Program-made: the position numbers and the translations under genes
Notes under the pieces: model-generated
Databases searched by the model: none
The model's input: only the letters and a program-made list of their open reading frames with translations
What the model was told of the DNA's origin: nothing
Assembly: GCF_018977255.1 (NCBI RefSeq)
Contig: NW_024704742.1
Span: 22,136,001-22,200,000, forward strand
Direction of reading: 5' to 3'
Length of the DNA stretch: 64,000 nt
Source of the DNA: Callorhinchus milii
Lineage: Eukaryota
Shown: piece by piece, positions 62,440 to 64,000 of the stretch
Numbering within the stretch: position 1 is the stretch's first letter
Layout of the letters: each line of letters begins with the position of its first letter

Positions 62440-62988
62440 GGTATATCTGGATGAACGGCAATGGTAATTCTGCAGATGTGGCATATATAAATTTTCAGAA
62501 AGCTTTTGATAAGCTGTTGGCTTGTTCAAAAAATGAAGGCGCATTACATTAATGAAGGTATTAATGGAAAGGTGGCAGCAAGGATAGAAAGTTGGTGGGA
62601 ATATATGATTATTATTCAAAATTGAAAAATATAAATAGTGGTGTCTCCAGGGTAAGTAACAGTAAAAAAGATTGTAAGCAACTGCTGAAAGACAGACTTG
62701 TAGACTGGGCAGCGATAGCAGATGAAATTTAATGTGGAAATGTGTGAGATCATACATTATGAGAGGAAGAATATATGCTCAATGGCAATATTTTTAAAAT
62801 AGAAGAGTTATGTATATAAAACTTTAAAGGTGGCTAAGCAGGGGGGCAAAAATATGAAGAAAGCTAACTGGCTCCTAGATTCTATAAACAGGAGCATAGA
62901 ATATAAAACCAAAGAATGTAATGCTTAACTGCAACTAAGTATTGTATCCAGTTTTGGTCACGCCACTTTAGAAGGATATCAGGGCCAC
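62440..62988 (+). mobile_element. Old CR1 RT remnant
   Basis: Degenerate DVAYINFQKAFDK, QMKFNVEMCEIIH and CIQFWS motifs. Confidence 0.7.
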
Positions 62989-62989
62989 A

Positions 62990-63365
62990 AGTCCTGTAGC
63001 TCAGTGGTTAGAGCTCTCGCCTCACAAGCGAGAGACCTGGTTTGATTCCCGGCAGGGCGAAACCTTGGGCAAGTTTCCTTACTCCACATGCCTCTGTTTA
63101 CCTAGCAGTAAGTAGGAACCTGGTTGTTAGTCAATTGGTGGATTGCTTTTCCAGGGGGCTTATAATTTGTTCAAAAAAAATGATAAATTGGACAATAATC
63201 TGGTATCTGAATCCACAACTGTTTATGAGACACTGCTGTGCTCAATTGGCTGCTGTGCTTTGCTCACAAATATAGTCAATTCACTTTACAGTATATTCTG
63301 TGAAGAGCTTTGAGACATCTAGAAGATGTGAAAAGCACTATATCAAATGCAAGGATTATTATTAT
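62990..63365 (+). mobile_element. Full-length SINE, long variant
   Basis: Head gtcctgtagctcagtggttagagc, then ccttgggcaagtttccttactccacatgcctctgtttacctagcagtaagtagg, Deu-like core and (TTA)n tail. Confidence 0.9.
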
Positions 63366-63785
63366 AAATGCAGAGGATATTTGCTCTGAGTGCTCTGGGA
63401 CGTTACTCCACCTGAAGGACGCTATATAACTCCAAGTTGTTGAATTATGCCAAGGACGAGTATTTTGACAACTAGTGACTATTCTCCGGGTGGGCTAGAG
63501 AGATGCAAGCAGGGTTTCCTTGGTGCTAGACTGCATATTTGGCAATAGAATATCAGAATCGAGCGAACCCTCTGTGACGATAGACCAGTTCCTGGCAAAG
63601 CAGGTCTGTAGTGTTCAGTATTTACACTGAAATCCAAAATACCTTGTATGAATTTTGAAATTAGTTTCACAATAAAGTGGGTTGGGTGGTCCTAGCTGAA
63701 CAAGCAACAGGAAAGCTTGGCAGACAGTGCTTTCAATGGCAAGTTTTGCTGTTATAGCTGGTTATGGACTCAAGTACACTATAAA

Positions 63786-64000
63786 AATAATAATCCTTGC
63801 ATTTGATATAGCGCCTTATCATGACTTTGAGACGTCTCAAAGTGCTTCACAGAATTGACTGTATATTTCTGTGGGCAAAATGCAGCAGCCAATTGCACAT
63901 AACAGTTTACCACAAACAATCATAGATTAAAGTGACCAATTTTTTTTAAGGAATTATTACCCCTAGAAAAGTGATCCACCAATCAACTAACAATTGGGTT
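63786..64000 (-). mobile_element. SINE, long variant, running off the window edge
   Basis: Reverse complement matches 63115-63365. Confidence 0.85.

Noticed and set aside
43083..64000. Upstream SLC10A7 exon (…[21 protein letters not shown])
   Set aside because: Not found by eye or in the ORF track, so it is presumably beyond the window. The downstream IVRRYIKDW exon was likewise not found in 1-8828.

Overview
This is AT-rich eukaryotic (vertebrate) DNA, not a prokaryotic locus. The whole window appears to lie inside one minus-strand gene, SLC10A7. Three short phase-0 coding exons with canonical splice sites are visible: 43044-43082 (AAAIFNSAFGSFL), 9820-9855 (GIIITPLLLLLF) and 8829-8912 ([28 protein letters not shown]). 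They correspond to exons 5-7 in human numbering as I recall it, and are separated by 33,188-bp and 907-bp introns. The introns hold many non-LTR retroelements: CR1 LINEs, L2 LINEs, young tRNA-Ala-headed SINEs with CORE-like and Deu-like segments and an L2-type tail, and older Deu-domain and LF-SINE/AmnSINE2-like copies. This repeat set suggests a cartilaginous fish, possibly a holocephalan (inference). I found no convincing new protein-coding or multi-gene system. The best leads are a 203-bp inverted duplication just upstream of the 36-nt exon, candidate cryptic or micro-exons near exon 5, a perfect 22-bp hairpin, the chimeric SINE with two length variants, an unclassified 3-copy repeat, datable nested insertions, and possible CTCF or enhancer islands. 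Exon, TSD and hairpin coordinates were counted base by base. Edges of old repeats are approximate, and repeat family names come from memory of consensus sequences, not from a database search.
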